From IMG/VR virus record IMGVR_UViG_3300037483_001822, positions 1 to 46,632 of that record: 46,632 nt of DNA; one strand, written 5' to 3'. The translations under genes and the position numbers were made by a program. A model generated the notes under the pieces. The model was given only the letters and a program-made list of their open reading frames with translations. It was not told the origin of the DNA and ran no database searches. Of the stretch, positions 17,474-27,742 are shown piece by piece. Source of the DNA: a virus (taxonomy: Duplodnaviria > Caudoviricetes). Each line of letters begins with the position of its first letter. Within the stretch, counting starts at the first letter, position 1.

Positions 17474-17724
17474 AGACCGCCGCATTGATCCTGGTCCTGC
17501 TCCTGCAGGCCTGCACCGCCGTGAGCTTTACAGGCGAGGACGGGCGCAGAGTGTTTGTGTGGGATGTCAGGCTGGCCGGCAGCGCGGTCAACATCGAGAT
17601 CATCAAGCCAGACGGCACGACGCTCAAGGCAACACGCGACCAGGAGTCGCCAGAAGACACGATCACCGCAGTAGGCGAGGCGGCAGCAGACATCATCAAC
17701 CCAGCCAGAGGCCTGACACCATGA
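17470..17724 (+). CDS. Lipoprotein
   Basis: Signal peptide with LQAC lipobox; ATGA-coupled on both sides. Confidence 0.75.
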   Translation: MKTAALILVLLLQACTAVSFTGEDGRRVFVWDVRLAGSAVNIEIIKPDGTTLKATRDQESPEDTITAVGEAAADIINPARGLTP

Positions 17725-18137
17725 CCAAGAACCTGCGTAATGCGGCTGTATGGCTTGGCCTGGTCGTGCTGTTGTCATGGCTGGCGGTGGCTGCAGGCTG
17801 TCAGAGCCTCAGCAGCGCCCAACTGCCGATACAGTTCGCGACGGTCAAGTACATCGAGGAGACCGGCACGCCGGCCCAGGCGGTGATCGACCACGTCGAG
17901 CGCGCGAGGCAGCTGCTGGAACGGGACACTACGGTCTCGGCCCAGGGCCTGGCTGAAGAAGTCTTGGGCGCTGTCGACACCGGGCAGCTCACTGCGAGCG
18001 AGAAATTACTGCTGACGGCGCTGATCGCCAGCGCCCAGGACTCCATACGCCAGACCAACCTGATCGAGCCTGACACCAGGCTCAGCATCCTGCTGGTGTT
18101 GGGCTGGATCGAACAGGCAGCGAGGATGGCGCTGTGA
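17721..18137 (+). CDS. Lipoprotein
   Basis: MTKNLR, hydrophobic stretch, AAGC lipobox. Confidence 0.75.
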   Translation: MTKNLRNAAVWLGLVVLLSWLAVAAGCQSLSSAQLPIQFATVKYIEETGTPAQAVIDHVERARQLLERDTTVSAQGLAEEVLGAVDTGQLTASEKLLLTALIASAQDSIRQTNLIEPDTRLSILLVLGWIEQAARMAL

Positions 18138-18862
18138 AGATTGATGTAGAAGTGCGAGGCCTGCCAGACATGCGGCTGGCACTCAAAGGCTTTGAAGATC
18201 AGATACCCAAGGCTGTGGCACAAAGCATCACGTTCACAGCTGAGCGAGTCCAGCGTGATCTGGTGAACACAATGGCTCAGGTGTTCAACTCACCAACACC
18301 GTTCACGCTGAACAGCGTACGCAAGACCAGTGCGACACCGAGCAAGCTATTTGCTGAAGTCAGGCTCAAGGATGAGGCTCCTCTTGGAACGCCGGCATCA
18401 CGCTATCTTTCTGCACAGATCGATGGCGGCAAACGAGACAAAAAGGGCCTGGAGCGCAGCCTCCGGTTCAACAGCTTTATCTCAGATTCACAGTTTATGG
18501 TCCCGGGAGATGACGCTGCCTTGAATGCATACGGCAACATTGCGAAAAGCCAGATTGTGAAAGCGCTGTCAAACATCAAGGCACAGCGAGACAGCTCGGC
18601 AAATACAGCAAGTGAGAAGGCGAAAACAAGACAGCGTAAAAGTGGCCGTCAGTACTTCTGGATGCGAGGTGCTGGCATCTATTGGCGTGAGGGAAATGCG
18701 GGTTTGCGGTCGTTTATGGTGATAACACAGAAGCCAAATTATGAAAGGCGATTTGACTTCTTTGGCATCAGCGAGCGCAGCGTGACCAAACATTTGCCCG
18801 AACAATTCCAGCGTTCTGTTGATCGTGTTCTGCGGTCGGCACCACAAGGGCCTGCACCCTGA
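18134..18862 (+). CDS. gpZ/HK97-gp10-like tail completion protein
   Basis: QVFNSPTPFTLNS, YL..QIDGG.R..K, N.YGNI, Y..RFDF motifs; common position before terS. Confidence 0.65.
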   Translation: MKIDVEVRGLPDMRLALKGFEDQIPKAVAQSITFTAERVQRDLVNTMAQVFNSPTPFTLNSVRKTSATPSKLFAEVRLKDEAPLGTPASRYLSAQIDGGKRDKKGLERSLRFNSFISDSQFMVPGDDAALNAYGNIAKSQIVKALSNIKAQRDSSANTASEKAKTRQRKSGRQYFWMRGAGIYWREGNAGLRSFMVITQKPNYERRFDFFGISERSVTKHLPEQFQRSVDRVLRSAPQGPAP

Positions 18863-18884
18863 TGGTGCGAGCCCCCGGGGCTTT

Positions 18885-18930
18885 GGGTCCTTCCCGGGTT
18901 AAGCGGATACGGGTAATTCGAACCCCGATT
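18885..18930 (+). promoter_or_regulatory. Putative cos site (cosQ + cosN)
   Basis: GGGTCCT (identical to lambda cosQ) at 18885-18891; CGGG-N10-CCCG at 18910-18927; just before terS. Confidence 0.65.
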
Positions 18931-18994
18931 CATTTACAAAGTTGTGGCCCTATAGGGGGTTCCGTCCCTCTGATCCAGTTCCCGGAGCTTACCA

Positions 18995-19546
18995 GTGACA
19001 GGCAGGACTTTTACCCAGAACACCATCGCTGAGCACTTGGACATGAGTCCACGGAATCTGCGCGATGTACTGGCGGGTCTCGGGATCAACTGGCGCAAGA
19101 CTACCCTCGACGAAGTCCGCATCGCGTACATCCGCAAGCTGCGGGAAGCTGCAGCCGGCCGCAGTGACGAGCAGCTCGGCGTCAACCGCGCCAGGCGCGA
19201 GTTGGCCGATGCCATGCTGAAAGAGCTGGAGCTGGCAGAGAAGTACAAGCTGATCATCAATGTCGACGGCGTCGAACCGATGCTGATCAGCCTGATGAAA
19301 GAGATCCAGTCTGTCGTAATCGAGGCTGGCAACAAGGCCCTGCAGGCAATCGAAACCACACACGAACTCAAAGTTGATGACGATCTCGTACTCGGCCCGC
19401 TTTACGCTGCCCTCGGAAATCTCGCAGCAAGCGGAGACCAACTTGTGGCGACTGTTTCAGGCCAGCCTTGCGCATCTGTCTCCACAGCAACGCAAGCCGG
19501 TCGAGCAGTGGATCGAGGACAACGTCCGGCTGCCGGCGGTCAATAG
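18995..19546 (+). CDS. Terminase small subunit (Nu1-like)
   Basis: TQNTIAEHLDMS HTH; AYIRKLREAAAGR; overlaps terL. Confidence 0.85.
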   Translation: MTGRTFTQNTIAEHLDMSPRNLRDVLAGLGINWRKTTLDEVRIAYIRKLREAAAGRSDEQLGVNRARRELADAMLKELELAEKYKLIINVDGVEPMLISLMKEIQSVVIEAGNKALQAIETTHELKVDDDLVLGPLYAALGNLAASGDQLVATVSGQPCASVSTATQAGRAVDRGQRPAAGGQ

Positions 19547-21464
19547 CGACACTCCTGGCGACTTCGATTTCTATTACGTGCCTCACATGCGGGGCATCTG
19601 CCACGCACTGTCCGATGACTCTCTGACAGATGTGTATTGCATGAAGGCCAGCCAGGTGGCTTGGACTACGGTGCTGATCGGCTATGTGCTCAGCCGCATC
19701 GAGCAGCAGCCAACCCCGATCATCGGCATGTTCTCGGCAGTCGATGCGGCCAGGGAGTTCAGCGTTGAAAAGCTGAACCCCTATGTCGAGTCCTGCGCAG
19801 CAGTTGCCGGCAAGATCGATGTGTCGACCACGAGGCGCACAGGCAACGGCCTACTGCACCGGGACTTCCCGGGCGGCTTCCTGAAGTTGATTGGATCCAA
19901 CGCGATCCGCTCCATGAAGTCGACGCCGGCGCCGTTCGTGTTTGTCGAGGAACCTGACGACGCCGCTGAGAACGTCCAGGGCCAGGGTGACTCAGTCACA
20001 GTCCTGTTCAATAGGACCAAGCGCTATCGCAAGCCAAAGCGCGTCCTGGGTGGCACGCCGTCGATCAAGAACTTCAGTCGGGTAGAAGCCCGGCTGGACA
20101 TGAGCGACATGTGCGTGCTGCCGGTCGAGTGCCATAGCTGCGGCGAGTCGCATGTCCTGGACTTCGCCAACGTCACCTGGTTGAACGCCGACGCCGAAGC
20201 GGGCAGCGAGCCGCACCAGGTGTTCGGCTTGGCACTGCCGGAGACGGCCGCGTACAACTGTCCGTATTGTGGCGAGCTTTGGACCGACAGCCGCCGGCAG
20301 GAAAACATCCGCGCCACCGTGCAGAAGGCGGTCGACGCCGGCGATCAGTTTGCCGGCTGGATCCCGACCCGAAAAACCGGGGGCCGCATCAAGGGTTTCA
20401 CAGGCCTGAGCGAGCTGTACAGCTGCTTGCCTGGATCGTCTCTGACCGAGATGGTCGAGACGTACCTGGAGGCGGAGTACTACGTTGCCAGGGGCGATGA
20501 AACGAAGCGCATCAGCTTCGTAAACAACCAGCTCGGCAAGCCGTACGAATACGCCGATGGCCGGCCAGACGCCGAAGCCTTCCGCGAGAAAGCAAAGGAA
20601 GATTCAGAGTCACAGCACGACGAATTCTTTTGCCCGGCCGATGGCCTGCTTGTCACCATCGGCATTGACGTACAGCACAACCGGGTGGCTGTGATCATCC
20701 GGGCCTGGGGCCTGAATGACCGCTCCTGGTTGATGTACTGGGGCGAGATCGCGGCGACCACCACCTGTATCGACAAGCACGATGGCGTTTGGAAAGCACT
20801 CGATGAGCTGGTTTTCAAAGCCTTCCGGCATGAAACAGGCACCAGCATTTACGCCGCGGCAATCAGCATCGACAGCTCAGACGGTGCTACGTCCGATGCC
20901 GTGTATGACTGGGTCCGCACTCGGCAGCAGCTGCATCCCAACCGGCTGATCATGGCCGTGAAAGGATCCTCCAGTCCGAAGCAGGACCCAGAGATATTCA
21001 CGCAACCCAAGCTGCACAGTATCGACCACCGCCGGCATGACAAGAAAACCAAGGCCCAGCGCCACGGGGTGAAGGTGTACCTGGTTGGCACCAACAAGGC
21101 CAAGGACTGGATCGCTGGCCACATGGCGCTGGAAGGCATCGCCGGTGGGTTCCACTACTACAAATTGGACCAGATGCGGTGGGACTACTTCGACCAGATG
21201 ACGGGCGAAGCGAAGATCCCGCACAAGACTATCCGCAACCGTCGTGTCTGGACCCAGAAGAACGGCCAGGCCATCGAGGCTTGGGACTGTGAGGTGTATG
21301 CCCTCCACGCTGCCAGGGCGAAACGTGTGCACCTGATGAAGCAGACAGAGTGGGACAACCTCCGCAACCAGCTGCTGCAGAGCGACCTGTTCAGCGCAGC
21401 AGGTGAGCCACCCGAAACAGGCGGCGGTATCGAGCGCCGCAAATCAGACTACTGGAATCGATAA
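19374..21464 (+). CDS. Terminase large subunit, GpA family (start uncertain)
   Basis: MKASQVAWT, FVEEPD, GGTPSIK, CHSC/CPYC, GIDVQHNR, EAWDCEVYA. Confidence 0.95.
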   Translation: MMTISYSARFTLPSEISQQAETNLWRLFQASLAHLSPQQRKPVEQWIEDNVRLPAVNSDTPGDFDFYYVPHMRGICHALSDDSLTDVYCMKASQVAWTTVLIGYVLSRIEQQPTPIIGMFSAVDAAREFSVEKLNPYVESCAAVAGKIDVSTTRRTGNGLLHRDFPGGFLKLIGSNAIRSMKSTPAPFVFVEEPDDAAENVQGQGDSVTVLFNRTKRYRKPKRVLGGTPSIKNFSRVEARLDMSDMCVLPVECHSCGESHVLDFANVTWLNADAEAGSEPHQVFGLALPETAAYNCPYCGELWTDSRRQENIRATVQKAVDAGDQFAGWIPTRKTGGRIKGFTGLSELYSCLPGSSLTEMVETYLEAEYYVARGDETKRISFVNNQLGKPYEYADGRPDAEAFREKAKEDSESQHDEFFCPADGLLVTIGIDVQHNRVAVIIRAWGLNDRSWLMYWGEIAATTTCIDKHDGVWKALDELVFKAFRHETGTSIYAAAISIDSSDGATSDAVYDWVRTRQQLHPNRLIMAVKGSSSPKQDPEIFTQPKLHSIDHRRHDKKTKAQRHGVKVYLVGTNKAKDWIAGHMALEGIAGGFHYYKLDQMRWDYFDQMTGEAKIPHKTIRNRRVWTQKNGQAIEAWDCEVYALHAARAKRVHLMKQTEWDNLRNQLLQSDLFSAAGEPPETGGGIERRKSDYWNR

Positions 21465-21655
21465 TGGCTACGCAGACAGAGCTGGATGCAATCAAGTCCG
21501 CCTACTACCAGGGCGTGTCGGAGGTGGCCTACAAGGGCCGCACGATCAAATACCGCAGCCTTGCTGAAATGAAACGCATCATCGACGAGCTGGAACGCGA
21601 GCTCGGTACCAGCAAGCCAAATACCATCTCGACCACGACAGATCGCGGCTACTGA
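21464..21655 (+). CDS. gpW-like head-tail joining protein
   Basis: GVSEVAYKGRTIKYRSLAEM; between terL and portal. Confidence 0.88.
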   Translation: MATQTELDAIKSAYYQGVSEVAYKGRTIKYRSLAEMKRIIDELERELGTSKPNTISTTTDRGY

Positions 21656-21659
21656 CCCC

Positions 21660-23147
21660 ATGGCAAATCCAATCGATCGCATCCTGGCAACGCTGTCGCC
21701 GGGGTGGGCGCTCTCGCGCGCGCAGTCCAGGCTCCGACTCCAGTTGCTGGATGCCCAGGCCAACGGCTATGACGCGGCCGGCCGTGGCCGTCGCAACACC
21801 TGGACGCGTGGCTCTGACGGCAGCCAGAACAACGAGAACCGCAATGCGCTGAATCTGCTGCGCGCCAGACACCGACACCTGGTGCGTAACAACCCGTATG
21901 CAGCCAGTGCTGTGAACGTGCGCGTGGCCTACACCGTGGGCGACGGGATCATGCCGACGGCGCACCACCCCACCGACAAGGCCAAGCAAGACTTGGCAAA
22001 CAAGCTCATGCGGGAGTGGGCCCAGTCTGTCAACTGTGACGCTGAGGGTCGTAACAACTTAGCGGCATTGGAATCCCTGGCGTTTCGCGCCATCAGCGAA
22101 TCAGGTGAAGCGCTGATCATGCGGCAGATCAGCAATGTTCCACGTGGCGCAATCCCGCTGAAGCTGCGCCTGCTCGAAGGCGATTACATCGACCACACAT
22201 ACGACCAGCGCACGGATCTCGGTGTGCGTTGGGTCCAGGGCGTTGGCATTGATGCCACCACTCTACAGCGTCGCTACTACTGGCTGCTCGATGGACACCC
22301 GGGGGATGGGGGTGTGCGTACCGGCAAGGCCATTGATGCAACAGCGGTCGCCCATGGATTCGACATGCTGCGACCCGGCCAGGTGCGCGGAATACCCGCC
22401 GGTGTCCCGGCCATGATGCGCTTGCGCAATCTGGATGACTTCCAGGATGCCCGCCTCGAAACACAAAAGATCGCTGCCCTGCTGGGCGTCATCGTCCGCA
22501 GCGACAAGGGCGCCAGTGCACTGCCAGAAAAGTTGGAGCCCGGACTGCTTGCGGTGGTGGCCAGCGGCGGCGACGAAGACATCAGCACCATCACGCCGCC
22601 GACTGTGCGCGGCCAGCATGAATTCGTGGTGGAAGAATCTCGCCTGGTTGCCAAGTCCTATGGCATCACCTACGAGGCGCTTGTGGGAGACCTGTCCGGC
22701 GTGAACTTTACCAGTGGCAAGATGGGTCGCACTGACATGCTGTTGAACGTCCGCGCCTGGCGCAAGCACATCATGATCAATCAGTTGCTGAACCCTGTTG
22801 GCCAGTGGTTTCTCCAGGCGGCGGAGCTGGCCGGCTACGACCTCTCCGGTGTCCAGTTCATGTGGGTTGCGCCGCGGCTTGAGATGGTCGACGCCGAGCG
22901 TGAGACAAAGCCCGTGATTGCGCAAATCCGCAGCGGTATTGGTGCCTTCAGTACGCACATGCGCAGCCTTGGCTTCGATGACCCCGAAGCTGAACTGCTC
23001 CGCGCCTCTCAGGACTTCGCGCTGATGGATGAGCTTGGACTGGTTCTCGATATCGACCCGCGCAAAGTAAGCGCAGCAGGCCTGACACAGGGGCGCCCTC
23101 CCACCAATCTCAATGAGGAAGAAAACAATGGCGAAGAAAAAGCCTAA
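21660..23147 (+). CDS. Portal protein, lambda family
   Basis: LRARHRHLVRNNPYA, RPGQVRGIP, GDLSGVNFTS. Confidence 0.95.
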   Translation: MANPIDRILATLSPGWALSRAQSRLRLQLLDAQANGYDAAGRGRRNTWTRGSDGSQNNENRNALNLLRARHRHLVRNNPYAASAVNVRVAYTVGDGIMPTAHHPTDKAKQDLANKLMREWAQSVNCDAEGRNNLAALESLAFRAISESGEALIMRQISNVPRGAIPLKLRLLEGDYIDHTYDQRTDLGVRWVQGVGIDATTLQRRYYWLLDGHPGDGGVRTGKAIDATAVAHGFDMLRPGQVRGIPAGVPAMMRLRNLDDFQDARLETQKIAALLGVIVRSDKGASALPEKLEPGLLAVVASGGDEDISTITPPTVRGQHEFVVEESRLVAKSYGITYEALVGDLSGVNFTSGKMGRTDMLLNVRAWRKHIMINQLLNPVGQWFLQAAELAGYDLSGVQFMWVAPRLEMVDAERETKPVIAQIRSGIGAFSTHMRSLGFDDPEAELLRASQDFALMDELGLVLDIDPRKVSAAGLTQGRPPTNLNEEENNGEEKA

Positions 23148-25326
23148 AGCCTTCGCGGTGGCAGCCCTCAGCCCGAAGGCGCAACAGATGCGCGCCAAAG
23201 GCCTGCTCAACAGCAAGAACGAGCTCCTGCTGTACGGGATCATCGGTGACTGGTGGGAGGGTATGGATGCGCTCACGATCGTGCGCGAACTGGAAGCAAT
23301 CGACAGCGACATAATCACCGTCAGGATTCACAGCCCGGGCGGCTCAGTCGCTGACGGTCTCGCACTCTATAACGCGCTGCTGAATTCAACGAAGCCCGTG
23401 CACGTATACATCGATGGGATGTGTGCCAGCATCGCCACAGCGGTCGCGATGGCCGCAGACGATGGCCGCCTGTACACGCCCGACAATGCGCTTTGGATGA
23501 TTCACAAGGCGCACGCAGTCGTCCAGGGCAATGACGATGAACTGCGTGATAGCGCGGATGCACTGTCGACAGTCAACGAAAGCATGATTGCCGCGTACAC
23601 GGCGAGCGGTCGTGTGAACGAAGCGCGTATCCGCGAGATCTTCGCCACCAACAAGGACTACTTCATGACCGGCGCTGAGGCCGTCAGTGAGGGGTTCGCC
23701 GATAGCCTGATCGAGCCCATCAAGGCGGCAGCACAGATTGACGTTTCGGGTCTTTCTGCCCCCCAGGGCGCCCACAAAAAACTGTTCGAGTTCTACGCGG
23801 TCAACGCCGCACCCACCCCCACCAAAGAGGAACCAAGCATGAAACTGAAACAGCTGCTCGCTCTCCAGGCTGCGTTGATCACTCAGGGCATCGCAGCCGC
23901 CGACATCACTTCCGCCCTGGGCAAGGCCTTTGGCGTTGCCTCCGACAAGGTTGCCGCGCTTCTGGTTGAGGGCACTACTGCAACTGACAACCAGCTCCAG
24001 GCTGGCCTTGATGCGCTTGGCGCGCTGAAGGCTCCTGCAGCAGCACCTGCGCCGGCAGTGGTGCCAGCCGCCACTATGGTAGATACCCAGGCTGCCATCG
24101 CCAACGAACGCCGCCGCGTCAATGACATCAACTTGTTGGCTGCTCGCCACGGGCTGCCGAACGATCGGCGCGATCAACTGGTCAATGACGGCAGCACATT
24201 GGAGCAGGCGCGCGCTATCGTGCTTGATTTTATGGCTACCCAAGATCGCCGGCGTCAGCCAGTCCCTGGCGTGCGCATGATCGATACCGCTCTCGAAGCC
24301 TTCAGGGCGTCCATGACAAATGCCATGCTCAATCGCATGCAGCCCAGCCATTTCAAACTGGAAGAAGGCGGTCGCGATTTCAGGGGCATGAGCCTGTTGG
24401 ATATGGCGGCGGCTTGCCTCGAGCGTGCCGGCGTCGACACTCGTGGCATGACCCGAAACGAACTGGCGGCCAAGGCCTTGCACACAGCCAGCGACTTCCC
24501 GCATATCGTGGCTGATGTCGCCAACAAAGTGCTGCTCCGTGCCTACCAGGCGCAGCCGCGTACCTTCTTGCCGATCGCCACCCAGGCAACTCTCAGCGAC
24601 TTCAAACTGAAGCATGCCATTGAAATCGGCGGCGGCAGCGAGCTGAAGGAAGTGAACGAGGCCGGCGAGTTCGAACACGGTACTGTCACCGAAGGCAAAA
24701 ACAGCTACAAGCTCAGCACTTTCGGCCGTATTTTCTCAATGACCCGGCAGCTGCTCATCAACGACGACATCGGTGCCTTCACCCAGTTCATGGCCAATGT
24801 CGGCGCACTGGCTGCCCGCAAGGAGTCCTCTGTTGTATGGGCGCTGGTAAAAGCCGGCGCCATCTTCAGCAGTGGCAACAAGAACCTGGTAGCAAGCGGT
24901 GGCACTGTCGACGAAACCCAGCTCGACAAAGTTCGTATGCTGCACCGTAAACAGGTTGGCCTCGATGGCGAGCCGATCAACGTGTCGGGCAAATTCTTGG
25001 TAGTGAACAGCGATCGCGAGACGGTTGCGCAGAAACTGCTGTCAGCAGTCCAGGCCACGGCAACCAGCGGCGTCAACCCATTTGCTGGCAGCTATCAACT
25101 GATTGTTGAGCCTCTGCTCGACGCCGTTTCCAACAACCCCTGGTACTCCTTCGCGGATCCCGCGCTGGTGCCCACCCTGGAGTACGCCTATCTCGAAGGC
25201 GAGGCCGGCCCCTACATCGAAACCAAGAACGGTTTCGAAGTCGATGGGATCCAGATCAAGGTCCGGCACGACTTTGGCGCCGGCTGGGTATCTCATCGCG
25301 GTGCAGTGAAAAACCCCGGTGCCTGA
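23128..25326 (+). CDS. ClpP-like prohead protease fused to major capsid protein
   Basis: IHSPGG, CASIA, WMIH protease motifs; C-terminal TFGRIFSMTRQLLINDD...KVRHDFG..KNPGA capsid domain. Confidence 0.93.
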   Translation: MAKKKPKAFAVAALSPKAQQMRAKGLLNSKNELLLYGIIGDWWEGMDALTIVRELEAIDSDIITVRIHSPGGSVADGLALYNALLNSTKPVHVYIDGMCASIATAVAMAADDGRLYTPDNALWMIHKAHAVVQGNDDELRDSADALSTVNESMIAAYTASGRVNEARIREIFATNKDYFMTGAEAVSEGFADSLIEPIKAAAQIDVSGLSAPQGAHKKLFEFYAVNAAPTPTKEEPSMKLKQLLALQAALITQGIAAADITSALGKAFGVASDKVAALLVEGTTATDNQLQAGLDALGALKAPAAAPAPAVVPAATMVDTQAAIANERRRVNDINLLAARHGLPNDRRDQLVNDGSTLEQARAIVLDFMATQDRRRQPVPGVRMIDTALEAFRASMTNAMLNRMQPSHFKLEEGGRDFRGMSLLDMAAACLERAGVDTRGMTRNELAAKALHTASDFPHIVADVANKVLLRAYQAQPRTFLPIATQATLSDFKLKHAIEIGGGSELKEVNEAGEFEHGTVTEGKNSYKLSTFGRIFSMTRQLLINDDIGAFTQFMANVGALAARKESSVVWALVKAGAIFSSGNKNLVASGGTVDETQLDKVRMLHRKQVGLDGEPINVSGKFLVVNSDRETVAQKLLSAVQATATSGVNPFAGSYQLIVEPLLDAVSNNPWYSFADPALVPTLEYAYLEGEAGPYIETKNGFEVDGIQIKVRHDFGAGWVSHRGAVKNPGA

Positions 25327-25425
25327 TAAAGGCGCTATCGCTGGCTGCTGATCCTGGCGGCCAGCTCTGGTGGGTGATGAGCCTGCCAACCTCTTTCTCT
25401 TTCTTTTGATCCACTGGAGATCCAC

Positions 25426-25800
25426 ATGAAAAACTATGTAGGCGAAGGCAAGACCCTGCAATACACCGCAAGCGGCAGCGACATTGCTTCCGGCGATGTG
25501 GTGGTAATCAACAACCTGCTGGCAGTTGCTGCCGTCGATATCGCCGATGGTGAAACTGGCACAGTTAACCTGGAAGGCGTGTACGACTTGCCAAAGGTCG
25601 ACGCTGCAGTAATTACGGCTGGCGAAACCCTGAGCTACGACATCTCGGTCAGCAAGTTCGACGACAACGCCGCAACAGCAGCTGCTGGCGACATCACCGG
25701 AGCCTGTGCAGTGGCCATGGAAAGCAAAGGCGTCACAGTCGACGGTACGATCTGGGTGAAGCTGACCGGCGCACCGGGCACGATCGAAGCGGGTGCCTGA
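25426..25800 (+). CDS. DUF2190 capsid cement/decoration protein
   Basis: MKNYVGEGKTL, SGDVV, EGVYDLPK. Confidence 0.9.
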   Translation: MKNYVGEGKTLQYTASGSDIASGDVVVINNLLAVAAVDIADGETGTVNLEGVYDLPKVDAAVITAGETLSYDISVSKFDDNAATAAAGDITGACAVAMESKGVTVDGTIWVKLTGAPGTIEAGA

Positions 25801-25843
25801 TAACGGCTGGGAGGCTGGGGGTGGCAACACCCCCTGACTTGAC

Positions 25844-26170
25844 ATGAGCAAGTTCCAGGATCTGATAGCCGTCGCCGACGGGGTGGTGCTGAAGCAATTC
25901 GGTGTGCCGCTGCGGTGGGTAAAGCAGGATGCATCCACTGCAGACATCGAAGGCATCATAGATCTCGAAGTCGAGATGATGGGCCCCGACGGCGACTTCG
26001 GTTACCTGGCAAAGGCGGTAACGGTCAGGTCTTCTGTGCTTGCCGGTTACCACAAAGGCGAGACGGTGCGGGAGCTGACTGCTGCGGGCGTGTTAACTGG
26101 GCCGCAGTACTCTCTGCAGCAGACACTTGCCAATGATGGCGGCTTTTTAACTGTTGAGATTTCATCGTGA
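25844..26170 (+). CDS. Head-tail joining (FII-like) protein
   Basis: Size and position; ends NDGGF. Confidence 0.65.
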   Translation: MSKFQDLIAVADGVVLKQFGVPLRWVKQDASTADIEGIIDLEVEMMGPDGDFGYLAKAVTVRSSVLAGYHKGETVRELTAAGVLTGPQYSLQQTLANDGGFLTVEISS

Positions 26171-26598
26171 TCGCTGAATTGATCGACAGACTTGAAGCGG
26201 CTGGTAGCGACTACGAGACCATCGACCACGCCTGGTCGTTGGATGAAACCCTTGACCAGATCCGCGAGCCGATGCCGGTCGCCCTTTTCATTCCCGGGCC
26301 AGTAGACACAGAGCCGTCCCCCTCACTGCCCATTCGGCAGCGGTCGACGGAGTCGATAGTCGTGATCACCATCTGCAATTGGGAGGACCTGGAAGGATTG
26401 CGCAATCAACTGACCGGCGCCATGTTGGGCTACCAGCATGCGCCTGGCTACACCGATCTGGAGCACAAGAAAGGCGAGGTTCGCCGGATCGCCGGCCAGG
26501 TGGTGCAGTGGATGGATCTCTTCACTGCGTCGAGGTGGATCACGGCCGCAACATTACCCTACCCAGCACCAGAACCCGAGCCTGAACCTGGGCCATAA
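26167..26598 (+). CDS. Putative tail terminator
   Basis: Position before tail tube; LLG-like/W.D.F motif. Confidence 0.65.
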   Translation: MIAELIDRLEAAGSDYETIDHAWSLDETLDQIREPMPVALFIPGPVDTEPSPSLPIRQRSTESIVVITICNWEDLEGLRNQLTGAMLGYQHAPGYTDLEHKKGEVRRIAGQVVQWMDLFTASRWITAATLPYPAPEPEPEPGP

Positions 26599-26609
26599 GG
26601 AAAACCATC

Positions 26610-26792
26610 ATGCAAACACCAAAGAAAGGCGGGCGCTACAAGCGTCTCGCTGACGGCAGCATTGTGCCTGCAGCTCAGGCCCAGGCCGAGCCACAAGCCG
26701 GTGCGCCTGCAACGAATCCCCCAACCATGGACGCTACCCCTGCAGTTGCTGCAGACGATGCGGCCGCTGACAACCCGAAGGAGGGTGATTGA
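26610..26792 (+). CDS. Small tail-region protein
   Basis: KGGRY...DG; AAGGA RBS. Confidence 0.6.
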   Translation: MQTPKKGGRYKRLADGSIVPAAQAQAEPQAGAPATNPPTMDATPAVAADDAAADNPKEGD

Positions 26793-26794
26793 CT

Positions 26795-27742
26795 ATGGGC
26801 ATGCAAGCACGCAACAAAAAACTTTTTGTGGCCGTTGAGGCCACGCCGGGAACGCCCGAAACCTTGGTTGCGACTGATGCAGTCCGTACCAGCGGCCTGC
26901 AAATCACACGTTATGCGGGGGAGCGTGTCAGCCAGGAACACGACCGTGCAGGGCTGGGCAACTTCCGCCAGATCAATGTCAACCAGCACATCGGTCTTGG
27001 ATTTTCTGTACCGTTCATTGGCAGTGGTGATGCGGCAGAGGCCCCTGCGTGGGCGGCGCTTCTGCAGGCATGCGCGGTTGCTGAAACTGATGACACGGTG
27101 GCGAACGACGAGTGGTACTACACGCCTGTCGATGACGGCTTCAAAACGGTCACCTGCATTGTTACGGAAGAGCTCATCCAACAGCAGTCCGCAGGTGTAC
27201 GCGGCAACTTTGGCATCGAAGCCAACCCGGGGGCGCTGCCCGTCTTTACCTTCAGCAATTGGCTCGGCAGCTACAGCCGGCCGATTGCGCTGGCCTTAAC
27301 AGCGCCCGATGACAGCGCATACCAGGAAGCGGTGCCGGTAACCTTCAGCAACACGTCTGTGTTGACCGTCGACGGCAACAGCTTTCCGGTGTCGGGCTTC
27401 ACCTTCGATGCGGGCGTAACGGTTACGCGCACCAACCAGCCCAACCGCATGGAAAGCGTTGTGGAAGATCGTCAGCCCAGCGGCACAATCATCCTTTCCC
27501 CGGCAACCGCTAACGCCATCATCGCGCTTATTGCCGATGTGGAAAGCCATGCCGGCACCACAGATGTGCCGATTGTACTTACCCACGGCAGCGGCGCTGG
27601 AAACATCCTGACCCTGAACATCTACGCAGCAAACTTCGGCGAGATATCCGACCAGGTGGTTGCTGGTGAGACCTATTTCAGTTTGCCTTTCAGTGTCATG
27701 CCTGATGCCTCTGGCGACGAATGGCGCCTGACCCAGTCATAA
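26795..27742 (+). CDS. Major tail tube protein
   Basis: APAWAALLQAC, GVRG, THG..AGNI. Confidence 0.85.
   Translation: MGMQARNKKLFVAVEATPGTPETLVATDAVRTSGLQITRYAGERVSQEHDRAGLGNFRQINVNQHIGLGFSVPFIGSGDAAEAPAWAALLQACAVAETDDTVANDEWYYTPVDDGFKTVTCIVTEELIQQQSAGVRGNFGIEANPGALPVFTFSNWLGSYSRPIALALTAPDDSAYQEAVPVTFSNTSVLTVDGNSFPVSGFTFDAGVTVTRTNQPNRMESVVEDRQPSGTIILSPATANAIIALIADVESHAGTTDVPIVLTHGSGAGNILTLNIYAANFGEISDQVVAGETYFSLPFSVMPDASGDEWRLTQS

Noticed and set aside
22263-24678. 351-aa and 430-aa minus-strand ORFs
   Set aside because: Antisense to portal and capsid genes; no independent signals
25817-25834. GGGGGTG-GCAA-CACCCCC hairpin as an intrinsic terminator
   Set aside because: No U-tract; at most an mRNA stability or step-down element
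26565-26595. PEPEPEP tail in a phage gene as sequence captured from the host PE repeat
   Set aside because: Too short and low-complexity to imply shared origin
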